From: an uncultured Sphingomonadaceae bacterium
GTDB taxonomy: Bacteria > Pseudomonadota > Alphaproteobacteria > Sphingomonadales > Sphingomonadaceae
Reading direction: 5' to 3'
Assembly: GCA_964245355.1 (NCBI GenBank)
Contig: CAXTMT010000001.1
Coordinates: 15,895-79,894, forward strand
Length of the DNA stretch: 64,000 nucleotides
This document shows positions 1-10,645 of this stretch, in pieces. Made by a program: the position numbers and the translations under genes. Numbering within the stretch: position 1 is the first letter of the stretch; every line of letters begins with the position of its first letter. The notes under the pieces are model-generated. The model did no database searches. It was not told the DNA's origin and saw only the letters and a program-made list of their open reading frames with translations.

Positions 1-247
1 GATCGCGCCGCAGCAGATTGACGCAGAACCTGCGGGCGAGAAGCATGATGTCGTGAAGCAGAGTGGCCTGGTTCACGCAGACCACGAGAGACGGCGGGTC
101 CAGCGACAACGACGTCACCGCCGTCGCAGTCATGCCGTGACGACGGGTATGATCGGCCGATGTGACGACGGTGACGGCCGCGGGAAAGCGGCGCATCGCA
201 AGCTTGAATGACGCACGAAGCTCGTCACTCGCCACATCCAAAGACAT
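1..247 (-). CDS. Flavin reductase family protein (5' part; runs off window start)
   Basis: Own translation (not in ORF track): MSLDVASDELRASFKLAMRRFPAAVTVVTSADHTRRHGMTATAVTSLSLDPPSLVVCVN..., typical flavin reductase motifs; GGAGA RBS before ATG at 247. Confidence 0.9.
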   Translation of the reverse strand, partial: MSLDVASDELRASFKLAMRRFPAAVTVVTSADHTRRHGMTATAVTSLSLDPPSLVVCVNQATLLHDIMLLARRFCVNLLRRD

Positions 248-303
248 GCTTTTCTCCCGTGATCGATCCGCTTCTTCGGGTCGGAGTGTTTCATAAACAA
301 TAT

Positions 304-315
304 TTGCAAACGCAA
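304..315. promoter_or_regulatory. Candidate MarR operator (TTGC-AAAC-GCAA)
   Basis: Inverted repeat in AT-rich divergent promoter between flavin reductase and MarR gene. Confidence 0.4.
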
Positions 316-421
316 CAGTTTGTCAATCAAAACTTCCTTCGGAAAAATTCCCGGTTGTGCGGCGACTGGGTTTTCCGGTATTTGTCGGCGCAATTGTTGC
401 GACGCACCGGGGATCAAGGCC

Positions 422-952
422 TTGTACAACCTCTCGAATTCTTTTCCCTATTTACTGAATCGCGTGGGCGTTCGGATGGGCGAATTGTTCGCCCGTCGCA
501 TCGCGTCCTACGGCGTCACGCTTCCGATGTACCGGGTCATGGCCGCGCTCTGGGAAGAAGGAGATCAGCGGCTGAGCGATCTTGCCGCGGTCACCACCTC
601 GGAGACGTCGACGTTGTCTCGCCTGGTCGGCGACCTGAAGCGCAAGGGGCTGGTCACGCGCAGCCGGCTGGAAGACAACGGACGGACGGTCGCGATCAAT
701 CTCACGGCGAAGGGCCGATCCCTCGTCGAACAGTTGATGCCGATCGCCGTGCATTTCGAGGAAGTGGCGGTGTCAAACTTCTCCGACGCAGAAGTCGGCC
801 GCCTCAAGATCATTTTTCGGGAAATCTACCAAAGCCTGGAGTCGATCGAGCCCGAAATAGAAGCGACGAAAGCTGCTCCTCAACCCAAGCGGCGACCGTC
901 GTCGCAGACCGCCAGACAAAAACCGGCGAGCGGAAGACGGTCGGCACGTTGA
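422..952 (+). CDS. MarR family transcriptional regulator
   Basis: SFPYLLNRVG...VTLPMYRVMAALW...LSDLA...STLSRLV..L.RKGLVTR...DNGRTVAINLT.KG winged-helix pattern; start uncertain (TTG 422 chosen; ORF open from 320). Confidence 0.9.
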   Translation: MYNLSNSFPYLLNRVGVRMGELFARRIASYGVTLPMYRVMAALWEEGDQRLSDLAAVTTSETSTLSRLVGDLKRKGLVTRSRLEDNGRTVAINLTAKGRSLVEQLMPIAVHFEEVAVSNFSDAEVGRLKIIFREIYQSLESIEPEIEATKAAPQPKRRPSSQTARQKPASGRRSAR

Positions 953-1074
953 CGTTTCGATGGTGACACGCGGTCCATGACGTCGTCGCGCGAACCAAGG
1001 CCGCTCTCGATGTCAGCCGAAAAAGCGAAAGCGCCGATCGCTTTCTGCAGTCGGTCCACCGAACCGCGCAGCAA

Positions 1075-1542
1075 TCATTCAGGGCTTGTGCCTAGCCCCG
1101 CGTGATCCGCAGGGCGAGGACCCGGCGCATCCCAACGAAACCGGCGTTCGCCTTCACTGATCTGCACGTCATTGATGCTCGCCTCCCGGCGGCGCATCAA
1201 GCCGTGCTCGTCGAATTCCCATTGCTCATTGCCGTACGAACGCATCCATTGCCCCGCATCGTTGTGCCATTCATACTGGAAACGTACGGCGATAAACTCA
1301 CGATCGAATGCCCATAGATTCTTCACGAGCCGGTATTCGTGCTCGGTTTTCCATTTGCGGGTCAAGAATTCGACGATCGCCCGACGCCCTTCGAAAAATT
1401 CCGAGCGGTTCCGCCAACGGCTGTCTTCGGTGTAGGCCAGCGCCACCCGTTCGGGATCACGGGAATTCCAGGCGTCCTCCGCCATGCGGGCCTTCCGAAC
1501 GGCCGTCTCTCTCGTGAATGGGGGAAACGGCGGCCGCGACAT
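1075..1542 (-). CDS. DUF1348 / NTF2-like (SnoaL-like) protein
   Basis: [26 protein letters not shown]...WRNRSEF...IAVRFQYEW...[22 protein letters not shown] is the DUF1348 signature. Confidence 0.9.
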   Translation of the reverse strand: MSRPPFPPFTRETAVRKARMAEDAWNSRDPERVALAYTEDSRWRNRSEFFEGRRAIVEFLTRKWKTEHEYRLVKNLWAFDREFIAVRFQYEWHNDAGQWMRSYGNEQWEFDEHGLMRRREASINDVQISEGERRFRWDAPGPRPADHAGLGTSPE

Positions 1543-1574
1543 GAAAACTCCTTGAAACGACGGCGTGCCGTTGT

Positions 1575-1592
1575 TTGCACCATTCGGTACAA
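1575..1592. promoter_or_regulatory. Palindromic operator-like site TTGCACC-ATTC-GGTACAA
   Basis: 7-bp arms with one mismatch, about 30 bp upstream of the DUF1348 start. Confidence 0.45.
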
Positions 1593-1726
1593 TAAGTCAC
1601 TCGCGCTCTCGACGACACCAAGGTCTTTCGCGCGCGCCGGCGCGCTCGCAGCAGACGTTGACCAACAAGAAGTAGTTCGCCGGCGGCGCGCAGGGCTGGC
1701 GAGCTCGCCACCTCGTCCCGCCCGGT

Positions 1727-1996
1727 TCATTTGACTTGCCCTTTTTCGCCGCGCCGCGCGGATTCCGGCGGGCGGGCGATGCCCCAAGGGTCGTATGTCT
1801 GTTCGGGTGTCGGTATGCGCTGAAGCGCGGCGTTGTAGGCTTTTTCATCCACCACCGGCTTCTTTTCGACGAGCGGGCCGCCGCGGTCCTGCGGCCTTCT
1901 GTTCGTGAACCCCTGGGAATGCGCCGGAAACGTCAGCGACGAAACGACTGCCGCAGCCGTGGCGAGAGTTCGGGTGGCTTTGCTTCGGCCGACCAT
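1727..1996 (-). CDS. Small exported hypothetical protein
   Basis: Signal peptide (AAAVVSSLTFPAHS), DEKAYNAAL.RIP...YDPW motif, GGAG RBS; follows tolC. Confidence 0.7.
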   Translation of the reverse strand: MVGRSKATRTLATAAAVVSSLTFPAHSQGFTNRRPQDRGGPLVEKKPVVDEKAYNAALQRIPTPEQTYDPWGIARPPESARRGEKGQVK

Positions 1997-2020
1997 GGGC
2001 TTCTCCTTTTCCCTGGTGCG

Positions 2021-3445
2021 TCATTGCCCGGACGGCGTACGCACGCCGTGCCAGGCATCCCGCACCTGGTGATAATGAATATCTGGCAGATAATCCGGCG
2101 TGTTGAGGTTCAGGGTGTGAACGTCGAGCCGGCCGACCGCGCTCAGCAACGTAAAGGAGGCGATCACCCGGTCGCGCTGAGCGAGGATTTGGCGGGACCT
2201 GGCGTTGGTCAGATCCTGCTGCGCATTCAGAACGTCGATCGTCGTCCGTTGTCCGCCCGCCGCCTCGCGACGGACGCCCTGCAGCGCGGTATCGGCGGCG
2301 CGCACTTCCGAATCCGCCGCCGTGAGTGCGACCTTCGTTCCCTCATTGGAGACCCACGCGCTCACCACCGCCGTGCGCGCCTGGTTTCGGACCTGTTCGA
2401 GCACCAGTCGGCTCTGCGACGCGACTTCCTTGGCCTGCCGGGTTTGCGAGGCCGCCGTGCCGCCGTCGTAGATCGGCACGGTGATCTGCCCCAGGATCGA
2501 GGCCTGATCGGTGCCGAATGTGCCGAGCGTCGAATCCGATTCTTTGGAACGGCTCGCGCTGGCCTGCACCGCCACGGTCGGCAACAGACTGCTCTCCGCG
2601 ACCTTGATCGTGGTCTGAGCGACGTCGACGTCAAAACCCGCCCCGAGGATTGCCGGGTGTTCATGCGTCGCGGTTTCTATCGCGCCGGCAAGCGCGGCCG
2701 GCGACAGCCGGTCGACCGGCGTGGCCGCAACCAGTTGGGACGGCGCTTCGCCGATGACCTGCGCGTAGGTCGCCTTGCTGATCGCCAGGATGACTTCCGC
2801 CGCGTTGAGATCGGCTAATCCGCGGCTGAGGCGCGCCTCCGCCTGGGCCGTATCGGTCGGTGTCACGTCGCCGGCATCCAATCGCCGCTTGGTCGTCGCC
2901 TGAATCTCGCGAAGGACCGTGGTGTTGGTACGCTGCGCTTCGACCAGCGCCTGGTTGGCCATCACGTTCATGTAAGCCGTCACCGCGTCCAGCAGCACGC
3001 CCTGGCCGGTGTTTCGCAGCGCCTCGCGACCGGACAGCACCTGGAATTCGGCGACCCGGACGCTGTTGGCGGTCCTGAAGCCGTTGAACAGCACCTGGGA
3101 CACCGTCACGCCTATGGTCCAGGGACGCAGCGTCGCGCCCTGCAACGTATTGTCCGGCAGCAGATTGCGAACCGCCTGCAGGCCGCCGCTCAGGCTCGCC
3201 AATATCTGCGGCCGGTAACCTGCCAGCGCCTGCGGGACATTTTCATCGGTGCCGCGTTGACGCGCGCGATCGGCATTGAGCTGCGGGTTCGACTGGTACG
3301 CCTTCGCCAATGCGTCCGGCAACGTTTCGGCGGCACATGAAGGCACCTCGGCGCAACTCACCCACGCAAGGCAGATCAGCGGGCTCGCGAACCGAAATCC
3401 TCTCCTCCAACAGCTCGCTCGGCATCCGAACCTGTTACCCACCAC
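2021..3445 (-). CDS. tolC: TolC family outer membrane efflux protein
   Basis: ETL.DAL..AY..NPQL.A.RA, two OEP repeats, G.RTTIDVLNAQQDL. Confidence 0.9.
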   Translation of the reverse strand: MVGNRFGCRASCWRRGFRFASPLICLAWVSCAEVPSCAAETLPDALAKAYQSNPQLNADRARQRGTDENVPQALAGYRPQILASLSGGLQAVRNLLPDNTLQGATLRPWTIGVTVSQVLFNGFRTANSVRVAEFQVLSGREALRNTGQGVLLDAVTAYMNVMANQALVEAQRTNTTVLREIQATTKRRLDAGDVTPTDTAQAEARLSRGLADLNAAEVILAISKATYAQVIGEAPSQLVAATPVDRLSPAALAGAIETATHEHPAILGAGFDVDVAQTTIKVAESSLLPTVAVQASASRSKESDSTLGTFGTDQASILGQITVPIYDGGTAASQTRQAKEVASQSRLVLEQVRNQARTAVVSAWVSNEGTKVALTAADSEVRAADTALQGVRREAAGGQRTTIDVLNAQQDLTNARSRQILAQRDRVIASFTLLSAVGRLDVHTLNLNTPDYLPDIHYHQVRDAWHGVRTPSGQ

Positions 3446-3464
3446 TCACCTCAACCTTGGCCCG

Positions 3465-6400
3465 TCATTCCGCCGTTGCCAGATGGCCCTCGCCGGCCAG
3501 TCCAGGCCGGCTTCTGCGCGAGAACAACGAAATCAGCGCCGGCAAGGTGACGAGAATGACGACGGGAGCCAGCATCATGCCCGCCACCACCACGACAGCG
3601 AGCGGTTTCTGAACCTGCGAACCGATCCCGGACGATATCGCGGCCGGCAGCAACCCGATGCCTGCAACCACGCAGGTCATCAGCACGGGGCGTAACTGGA
3701 GTTCGCCGGTGCGCAAGATCGCCCTGCTCCGCTCCATGCCCTCGTCGACGAGTTGATTGAACTGTGAGATGATGATGATGCCGTCCATCACCGAGATTCC
3801 GAACAGCGCGATGAATCCGATGGCGGCGGACACGCTGAACGGAATTCCGGACAGCAGCAGGCCCAGGATGCCGCCGAACACCGCCATCGGGATCACGCTC
3901 ATCGTCAGGGCGGTGTCGATAACCGATCCGAAATTGAACCAGATCAGCAGCGCGATCAGGCCAAGGCTGATCGGCACCACGATCGACAACCGCTTGATGG
4001 CGTCCTGCAGATTGCCGAATTCGCCGACCCATTCGAGGCGCGAACCCGCCGGCAACCGGACCTGGGCCTCGACCTTGTCCTGCGCCTCCTTGATGGTGCT
4101 GCCAAGGTCGCGTTCGCGCACCGAAAATTTGATCGGCAGATATCGCTCCTGCTGTTCGCGGTAGATATAGGCCGCGCCGGACACCAGCTTGATCGAAGCA
4201 ACCTCGCTGAGCGGCACCTGCGTGATGCCGTTTGGACCCTGCGCCCCGATCCGCAGATTCTGGATCGCTTCGGCGCTCCTGCGGTATTGCGGCGCCAGAC
4301 GCACGATGATCGGAAAATGCCGATCGCTACCTGGCTCATAGAGATCACCCGCGCTGTCTCCGCCGACCGCGGTCTTGATTGTCGTATTGATGTCGCCCGG
4401 CGACAGCCCATAGCGTGCGGCCCTGGCGCGGTCGATATCGATCTGGATGGTGGGCTGGCCGAGCGAGGTGAACACCGCCAGGTCGGTAACCCCCTGCACC
4501 GTGCCCAGCACCGATTTGATCTTGTTTGCAGTATCGGTGAGCGCCTGCAGATCGTTGCCATAAAGCTTGATCGAGTTTTCTCCCTTTACGCCGGAGACCG
4601 CTTCCGAGACGTTGTCCTGCAGGTACTGCGAGAAATTGAACTCGACGCCGGGAAACCGTTCCTGCAACTGGGCCAGCAGCTTGCTGGTCAAGGCTTCCTT
4701 GTCTTTTCCGTCCGGCCATTCCTTTGCCGGCTTGAGCGGCGCAAAGAATTCCGCGTTGAAAAATCCCGCCGCGTCGGTGCCGTCATCGGGACGGCCATGC
4801 TGCGACACGACCGCTTCGACTTCGGGCCGCTCGGCGATCAGCTTGCGCATGTCGTTGACATAGGAATTTCCTTCCTGCAGCGAGATCGTCGGCGGCAGCG
4901 TCGCGCGGATCCAGAGATTCCCCTCCTCGAGTTTCGGCAGGAACTCGAGACCCAGGAGCCGGACAGCGATGACCGTCATCACCACCAGGCCGGCCCCTCC
5001 CGCCAGAACGACGCCACGGTTGGCGAGCGAGCGCGCGAGCACCGGCATATAGATGCGATGCACCAGCCGCATGATGAAGGTTTCGGTTTCCTCGACATGC
5101 GCCGGCAGGATGATGGCGCTCAGCGCCGGCGTCACCGTGAACGTCGCGAGCAGGCCGCCCGCCAGCGCATAGGCGTAGGTACGCGCCATCGGGCTGAAAA
5201 TGTTGCCTTCGACGCCGCTCAGCGTGAACAGCGGCAGAAACGCCGCGATGATGATGGCTGCCGCAAAGAAAATCGACCGCGACACGTCGACGGCAGCGCT
5301 GAGGATCGCCTGCTGCTTCATGTCCCCGACGGTCGCCGCGGGGATCCCCGTCTGCTCATTCTTCGACAGCGTTTTGGTATGAGACAAACGCCGAAAGATC
5401 GATTCGACCATGATCACGGTGGCATCGACGATCAATCCGAAGTCAATCGCCCCGACCGAAAGCAGATTGGCTGATTCGCCCCGCAGCACCAGGATGCTCA
5501 CCGCAAAGAACAGCGCGAACGGGATGGTGGCGCCGACAATCAAGGCGCTACGCAGGTCGCCGAGGAAGATCCACTGCAGAAACACGATCAGGGCGATGCC
5601 GACCACCATGTTCTCGAGCACGGTATGCGTGGTGGTTTCGATCAGGTCCTTCCGGTCGTAGATGCGCTCGATCCGGACGCCCGGCGGCAGGATTGTCGAA
5701 TTGTTGACGCTTGATACAAGAGCCTCGACCCGGGCGATGGTCGGCGAGCTTTGCTCGCCACGCCGCATCAGAACGATGCCCTGGACGATATCGTCGTCCT
5801 CATTCTCGCCGGCAATCCCGAGCCGCGGCTGCTCGCCGACGCTTACCGTTGCGACATCCCTCACCAGAACGGGGCTTCCGTTGCTCGAAGTCACCATGGT
5901 GTCGGCGAGGCTGTCGATCGAACGGATCAGGCCGACACCGCGCACGACCGCCGATTGAGCGCCGATGTTGACGGTGTTGCCGCCGACATTGACGTTGGCG
6001 TTCGCCACCGCCTGCAGTAGTTGAGGCAGCGTCAACCCGTTCGCCACCAATTTGTTGAAATCGACCTGAAGCTCGTAGGTCTTGGTCTTTCCGCCCCACC
6101 CGGTGACGTCGATGACGCCGGGTACGACACGAAAGCGTCGTTGCAATATCCAGTCCTGAACCGTCTTCAAGTCGAGGACCGAATAGTTCGGCGGCCCAAC
6201 CAGCCGATACCTGTAGATTTCTCCGATCGGACTGAGGGGAGAAATCTGGGGCTGGGCATTGTTCAGGAGCGGCGGGAGCTGCGATAGCCGGTTCAGCACC
6301 TCCTGCTGGGCCTGGCTGTATGTGTAGTCGAACGAGAACTGCAGCTTGACGTCGGACAATCCGTACAGCGAGATCGTACGGATCACCTTCATATTCCTGA

Positions 6401-6623
6401 TGCCCGCGACCTGGGTCTCCAGCGGAATCGTGATGTAGCGCTCGATTTCCTCGGCAGACAGTCCGGGACTTTGGGTCACGATGTCGACCATCGGCGGCGT
6501 CGGATCTGGATAGGCTTCGATGTTCAACTGCTGGAACGCGACCAGGCCGCCGATGATGACGGCTGCAAACAGCCCGACCATCAGAAACCGGCGGTTGACG
6601 GCGAGGGCGACGAGGCGGTCCAT
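3465..6623 (-). CDS. czcA: CusA/CzcA-family heavy-metal RND efflux transporter
   Basis: 1052 aa; IEAYPD, AIDFGLIVDATVIMVE (HME TM4 motif), LRPVLMT, GSQVQKPLAVVVVAG; symbol denotes family only. Confidence 0.92.
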   Translation of the reverse strand: MDRLVALAVNRRFLMVGLFAAVIIGGLVAFQQLNIEAYPDPTPPMVDIVTQSPGLSAEEIERYITIPLETQVAGIRNMKVIRTISLYGLSDVKLQFSFDYTYSQAQQEVLNRLSQLPPLLNNAQPQISPLSPIGEIYRYRLVGPPNYSVLDLKTVQDWILQRRFRVVPGVIDVTGWGGKTKTYELQVDFNKLVANGLTLPQLLQAVANANVNVGGNTVNIGAQSAVVRGVGLIRSIDSLADTMVTSSNGSPVLVRDVATVSVGEQPRLGIAGENEDDDIVQGIVLMRRGEQSSPTIARVEALVSSVNNSTILPPGVRIERIYDRKDLIETTTHTVLENMVVGIALIVFLQWIFLGDLRSALIVGATIPFALFFAVSILVLRGESANLLSVGAIDFGLIVDATVIMVESIFRRLSHTKTLSKNEQTGIPAATVGDMKQQAILSAAVDVSRSIFFAAAIIIAAFLPLFTLSGVEGNIFSPMARTYAYALAGGLLATFTVTPALSAIILPAHVEETETFIMRLVHRIYMPVLARSLANRGVVLAGGAGLVVMTVIAVRLLGLEFLPKLEEGNLWIRATLPPTISLQEGNSYVNDMRKLIAERPEVEAVVSQHGRPDDGTDAAGFFNAEFFAPLKPAKEWPDGKDKEALTSKLLAQLQERFPGVEFNFSQYLQDNVSEAVSGVKGENSIKLYGNDLQALTDTANKIKSVLGTVQGVTDLAVFTSLGQPTIQIDIDRARAARYGLSPGDINTTIKTAVGGDSAGDLYEPGSDRHFPIIVRLAPQYRRSAEAIQNLRIGAQGPNGITQVPLSEVASIKLVSGAAYIYREQQERYLPIKFSVRERDLGSTIKEAQDKVEAQVRLPAGSRLEWVGEFGNLQDAIKRLSIVVPISLGLIALLIWFNFGSVIDTALTMSVIPMAVFGGILGLLLSGIPFSVSAAIGFIALFGISVMDGIIIISQFNQLVDEGMERSRAILRTGELQLRPVLMTCVVAGIGLLPAAISSGIGSQVQKPLAVVVVAGMMLAPVVILVTLPALISLFSRRSRPGLAGEGHLATAE

Positions 6624-6659
6624 GCGATACGGCTCTCGCGGGAGAAATAACGGTTCGGG

Positions 6660-7904
6660 TCAGGTGCCCGAGGCTGCACGATCGATGAACAGGCTGCCTC
6701 TGGTGACGATCTTCTCTCCGGGCTGCAGATTGGATAGAACCTCGACCAGGTCGCCGTTGATCAGGCCGGTCTCGATCTTTCGCAGCTCGATCGATTTGTC
6801 GTCACGGGCCACCCACAGGCGGACACGATCGCCTTCGTAGATCAGCGCCTGCTTTGGTACTCCGACCGAAAGATGATCGCCGCCGGCGAAGATCGTCACG
6901 TTCGCAAACATCTCGGGCTTGAGCAGACCCTCCTTGTTGTCGATGGTTCCGCGAACCAGTAGCCGGCGCGTCGTGGGATCGATGGCGGCGGAGACGTAAT
7001 CGATGCGCGTCGTGAAAGCGCGGCCCGGCAGCGCAAGCAGCGAAAATTCGACCACCTGGCCGATCGCAACCCCGACCGCTTCGGACTCTCGCACGAAAGC
7101 CGCAAGCCAGACCGTCGAAAGATCGCCGACGATGAAAACCGGATCGCTGGCGCCGCTGCTGATGAACTGACCCGGACCGATCTTGCGCTGCACGACCGTG
7201 CCGGCGATCGGCGAGGAGATCGGGGTGTCGGCGCTCATCTGCCGCGTCTGCTGAAAAGTCGTGATCTGGTCTTCCGAACGGCCGAGAATCCGCAGCCGGT
7301 TATGCGCGGCTTCGAGCGCCGTCTCGGCCGAGCGCAGATCGTTTTGCGCGGTGGTCAGATCGGCCTGCGACTGCTGCCAGTCCTTCAGCGGGACGGCCTT
7401 GCCGGCGTAGAGATCGTTCGCGCGCTTCTCGACGATCTGCGCCAGGTTGAGCTTGGACCGCGCGGTGTTCAATGCGCCGAGTGCGGCAATGAAATCGTTC
7501 AGCGCCTGAACCGTATCGGTGGCTTCGATCACGAACAACGGCTGGCCGCGCTCGACCATGTCGCTCGGTTTGACCAGCAGCTTGGTCACGCGTCCGGCAT
7601 AGGGTGAAAAGATCGGCGTCGAGGTCTCCTCGTTGACCGCGATCTTGCCCTCGGTGATTCGTTCGGCGCGAAATGCCTTTTCCGATACGGGCTCGACCGT
7701 CAGGCTCGCCCACTCGGCCGCGGTCGGGACATAGCGAGGAAGCGCGACCTTTGTCGGTTGCGCCGTTTCGGTCGACTTCGCATGCGGGACAAACATCCGC
7801 ACGGCACCGACGACCCCCAGGCCGATCACAGCCATCGTCGTCAGGACCACGCTTCCTCGTCGCAAGTTCCAATTTGCAATTGGACTCATATTGGAAATGC
7901 GCAC
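6660..7904 (-). CDS. czcB: RND periplasmic adaptor (CzcB/CusB family MFP)
   Basis: N-terminal TM, SPYAGRV.KL.V..., SPIAGTVV, DLSTVW, LKPEMFA, GEKIVTRGS. Confidence 0.9.
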   Translation of the reverse strand: MRISNMSPIANWNLRRGSVVLTTMAVIGLGVVGAVRMFVPHAKSTETAQPTKVALPRYVPTAAEWASLTVEPVSEKAFRAERITEGKIAVNEETSTPIFSPYAGRVTKLLVKPSDMVERGQPLFVIEATDTVQALNDFIAALGALNTARSKLNLAQIVEKRANDLYAGKAVPLKDWQQSQADLTTAQNDLRSAETALEAAHNRLRILGRSEDQITTFQQTRQMSADTPISSPIAGTVVQRKIGPGQFISSGASDPVFIVGDLSTVWLAAFVRESEAVGVAIGQVVEFSLLALPGRAFTTRIDYVSAAIDPTTRRLLVRGTIDNKEGLLKPEMFANVTIFAGGDHLSVGVPKQALIYEGDRVRLWVARDDKSIELRKIETGLINGDLVEVLSNLQPGEKIVTRGSLFIDRAASGT

Positions 7905-7959
7905 GTCAACTGATGTAACCTCGCTCGCGTCGGCGGTCCGCTCCGGATAGCTTTACGTT

Positions 7960-8157
7960 TCAGTTCTGGACCGGCCCCCGCCATACCGGAGATTTCGGCC
8001 CGCCATAGTACTGGATCTGACCGCCGCCGTCGGCTCGCTCGGGCTTGGTCTTTCCGATCTCGACGGCGCATGCCGCCACCGCGCTACACAAAACTGCTGC
8101 GGCAAGCATCACGCCGATCTTTCTTCCCAGACCCGAAGTAATCATGCGGCCACTCAT
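7960..8157 (-). CDS. Small putative lipoprotein
   Basis: Hydrophobic stretch ending in lipobox-like VAAC; C-terminal YYGGPKSPVWRG; start uncertain. Confidence 0.65.
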   Translation of the reverse strand: MSGRMITSGLGRKIGVMLAAAVLCSAVAACAVEIGKTKPERADGGGQIQYYGGPKSPVWRGPVQN

Positions 8158-8208
8158 GAAAACGTTGGCTGACCGGTTAAGCGCCGCCAAGTCGGTTTGC
8201 GCGGAGCG

Positions 8209-8952
8209 TCAGTATTTCGCGACGACCGGACCGCCGAACTTGAAGTCCACGCCGACCGTCACCACCGAGTAGGTGTTGATCACGGTGTAGGGGAGCTGAC
8301 CGTTGAGCGGGAAGGCGCGATCGTAACCGCCGAAATTGTAGTAGCGATATTCGAACTTGCCGATCAGGTTGTTGGTCAGCGCATAGGCGATACCGCCGCC
8401 GGCGGTGAGGCCGTTTCGGTGGACATTAAACTGGTCCACACCAAAGACCGGGTCGGTGTTGGTGTGCGTGAAATTGCCGTATGCCCAGCCGCCAGTGAAA
8501 AACAACAGAAGGCGGTCGACCGCGATACCTCCGCGCCCTCGAACCGTGGCGCCGTTGCGCAGGCTGGTCGCGTCGATTGAGCCGATCGGAAGCAGGCCTG
8601 CGTTGAAGGCACCGATATCGCTGCCCTTGATGCCGGACCAGAACCCGTCGGCTTCCGCGCCCAAGACGATATTGCCGCTCTGCCAGTTGTAGCCGACCTC
8701 ACCGCCGGCGATGCCGCCGCTGGACTCATAGTTGATCGTGTAGTTGGCCAAGCCCGCCGGACCCAGCGCGTTGTTCAGATTGTGATTGCCGAACCCGCCG
8801 CCGCCGAACACGCCGGCATAGAAGCCCGACCAATCATACATCGGCGTCGCAACTGCCGGCGCCTTTGAATAGAACGGAAGATCGGCGGCAAGGACTGGCG
8901 ACACCAGGCCCAGCACCCCGAGCGAAACGGTGGTGAAAAGAAATCGCTTCAT
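8209..8952 (-). CDS. Omp25/RopB-family outer membrane beta-barrel protein
   Basis: Signal peptide, AADL...KAP, YDWSGFYAG, GYNWQ, KFEYRY, C-terminal GGPVVAKY. Confidence 0.9.
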   Translation of the reverse strand: MKRFLFTTVSLGVLGLVSPVLAADLPFYSKAPAVATPMYDWSGFYAGVFGGGGFGNHNLNNALGPAGLANYTINYESSGGIAGGEVGYNWQSGNIVLGAEADGFWSGIKGSDIGAFNAGLLPIGSIDATSLRNGATVRGRGGIAVDRLLLFFTGGWAYGNFTHTNTDPVFGVDQFNVHRNGLTAGGGIAYALTNNLIGKFEYRYYNFGGYDRAFPLNGQLPYTVINTYSVVTVGVDFKFGGPVVAKY

Positions 8953-9019
8953 GATTATCCCCTGTCGACTTGTTCTGATCGGACGTCCGGCGACCGGGTC
9001 GCCGCGACATTTCCACGTT

Positions 9020-10645
9020 TCAGAAGTGAATGATGATGTCCGCCGAGCCGATCAGGGCGTCCTTCTTGTTGGGCAAAATACCCAGATTCGAATTGCCATT
9101 GAACGCAGCCGCATCGAGCGCCCGATAATATGAAACCTCGGGCCGGATCTCGATCTGGGGCGAGAACCAGTGTTGCCAACCGATGCCGGTCTCGAAGTAC
9201 CGGGTCTTGACGCCGGTACGCTGTCCCTGCTTGTCGTCGAAGAACTCGGCACGATACGAGATGTTGTCGAGCGGGCTCGCCTTGTAGCTCAGATAAGCCA
9301 GATAGGTCTGAACCGATGCCGTGCAGGAGTATACCGCCGCACTGGCGCACTGCGCCAGGAACGGGGAGTTGAAGGGCATCACCTGCGGCGAGAACGGCGT
9401 GCCGCCCGCGGCCCACGCGGCCAAGGCGACCGGGTTATTCTGGTTGAGCACATTGTCCTGGTGCTCATTGTAGGTCTCGAACGAGATATGCCACTGATCG
9501 TTGAACTTGTGATAGGCGGTCAGGCCGTACCATTGCAGGTTGTTGTAACCCCACGTGCCGTTGTTGATGCCGTTTGCGATGACGTAGATGGAGTCGTTGC
9601 CGCTGTCGCTGGTCCAGCGAACCGCACCGGAGAAACTCGGCTGCGCACCCGGGTCCTTCGGCATGGTGTTTCCGGGAAACAGCGGGTTCGGGAACGGGTT
9701 TACAATCGTCGCCTTGTAGTGCCAAGGCATCGCCTCGGTCCCTACCGACAGACCGAACTGCAACATCCAGTTCTTCGTCACCGCCAGCGTGCTGTTGATG
9801 CCGGTATTGGTGTAGTTGTCGAAGGTGTAGGTCATCGAATGCGTGTACATGTAATTGTTCGGCGCGAGCTGGGCCTCGATGTCCGGGATCGAGATGTAGC
9901 GGCCAAACCGGAAGAGCAAGCCTTCCATGATCTGCGGGATGAACACCTCGCCATAGGCCATCGGCAGGTCGTAGCCGTAATTCCTGTTCTGGTTCAGAAG
10001 CTGGTTGCTCCAAAGCCCGTAGGCCGTGGTATAGCGATAGTTCTCGCCGTAGATCGGCGCGATACGGAAGCCCCAGTCGACGTGATCCTTCTGAACCGTA
10101 TCCGGCAGACGTTCGATATAGACCACCGCTTGATCGAGTTGGACGGTGTTCGGGTTGTAGTCGTAGGCCGCCGGCGAGTTGCCGCCGCGCACCGTGTTGT
10201 TGCTGAGGTTGCCGCCGACATTGACCCAGCCATAAACCTGGATGTGATTTTCGTTCATCCAAGAGCCCGCGGTGGTATTGCCGAGCGCAACCATCAGCGG
10301 GCTATCCACCGAACTCGGCCGGGTGACGCCGATAGACGTGGCTCCGCCGTACGGCCACTCCGTGAACGGATAAGGAGGAATGCTCTGCGGCGTTGCAGGC
10401 CAGTAGCTACGGCGTGACGGCGGCGCCTTGGGATCGGCGGGCGCGGCTTCGTGGCCCCACTCCAGCCGGTAGTAGTTGATCAGTCGGCTGAAGAAGTCAG
10501 TACCGAGATAGGGATCGAGACAGCTGTAGTTCTTGTAGGGATCGCCGCCATAAGGGCACGGTCTCGCTGCCACATCCGCCGCCTGCGCCACGCTGCTCAG
10601 CCCGACCGCTGCCAGTGAGACGCCCGCCAAGAGAGTTCTTTTCAT
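9020..10645 (-). CDS. Outer membrane beta-barrel protein (BBP2/DUF1597-like putative porin)
   Basis: Signal peptide MKRTLLAG..., Asn/Tyr/Trp-rich, GRYISIPDIEAQLAPNNY motif, C-terminal aromatic residue (IIHF). Confidence 0.8.
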   Translation of the reverse strand: MKRTLLAGVSLAAVGLSSVAQAADVAARPCPYGGDPYKNYSCLDPYLGTDFFSRLINYYRLEWGHEAAPADPKAPPSRRSYWPATPQSIPPYPFTEWPYGGATSIGVTRPSSVDSPLMVALGNTTAGSWMNENHIQVYGWVNVGGNLSNNTVRGGNSPAAYDYNPNTVQLDQAVVYIERLPDTVQKDHVDWGFRIAPIYGENYRYTTAYGLWSNQLLNQNRNYGYDLPMAYGEVFIPQIMEGLLFRFGRYISIPDIEAQLAPNNYMYTHSMTYTFDNYTNTGINSTLAVTKNWMLQFGLSVGTEAMPWHYKATIVNPFPNPLFPGNTMPKDPGAQPSFSGAVRWTSDSGNDSIYVIANGINNGTWGYNNLQWYGLTAYHKFNDQWHISFETYNEHQDNVLNQNNPVALAAWAAGGTPFSPQVMPFNSPFLAQCASAAVYSCTASVQTYLAYLSYKASPLDNISYRAEFFDDKQGQRTGVKTRYFETGIGWQHWFSPQIEIRPEVSYYRALDAAAFNGNSNLGILPNKKDALIGSADIIIHF

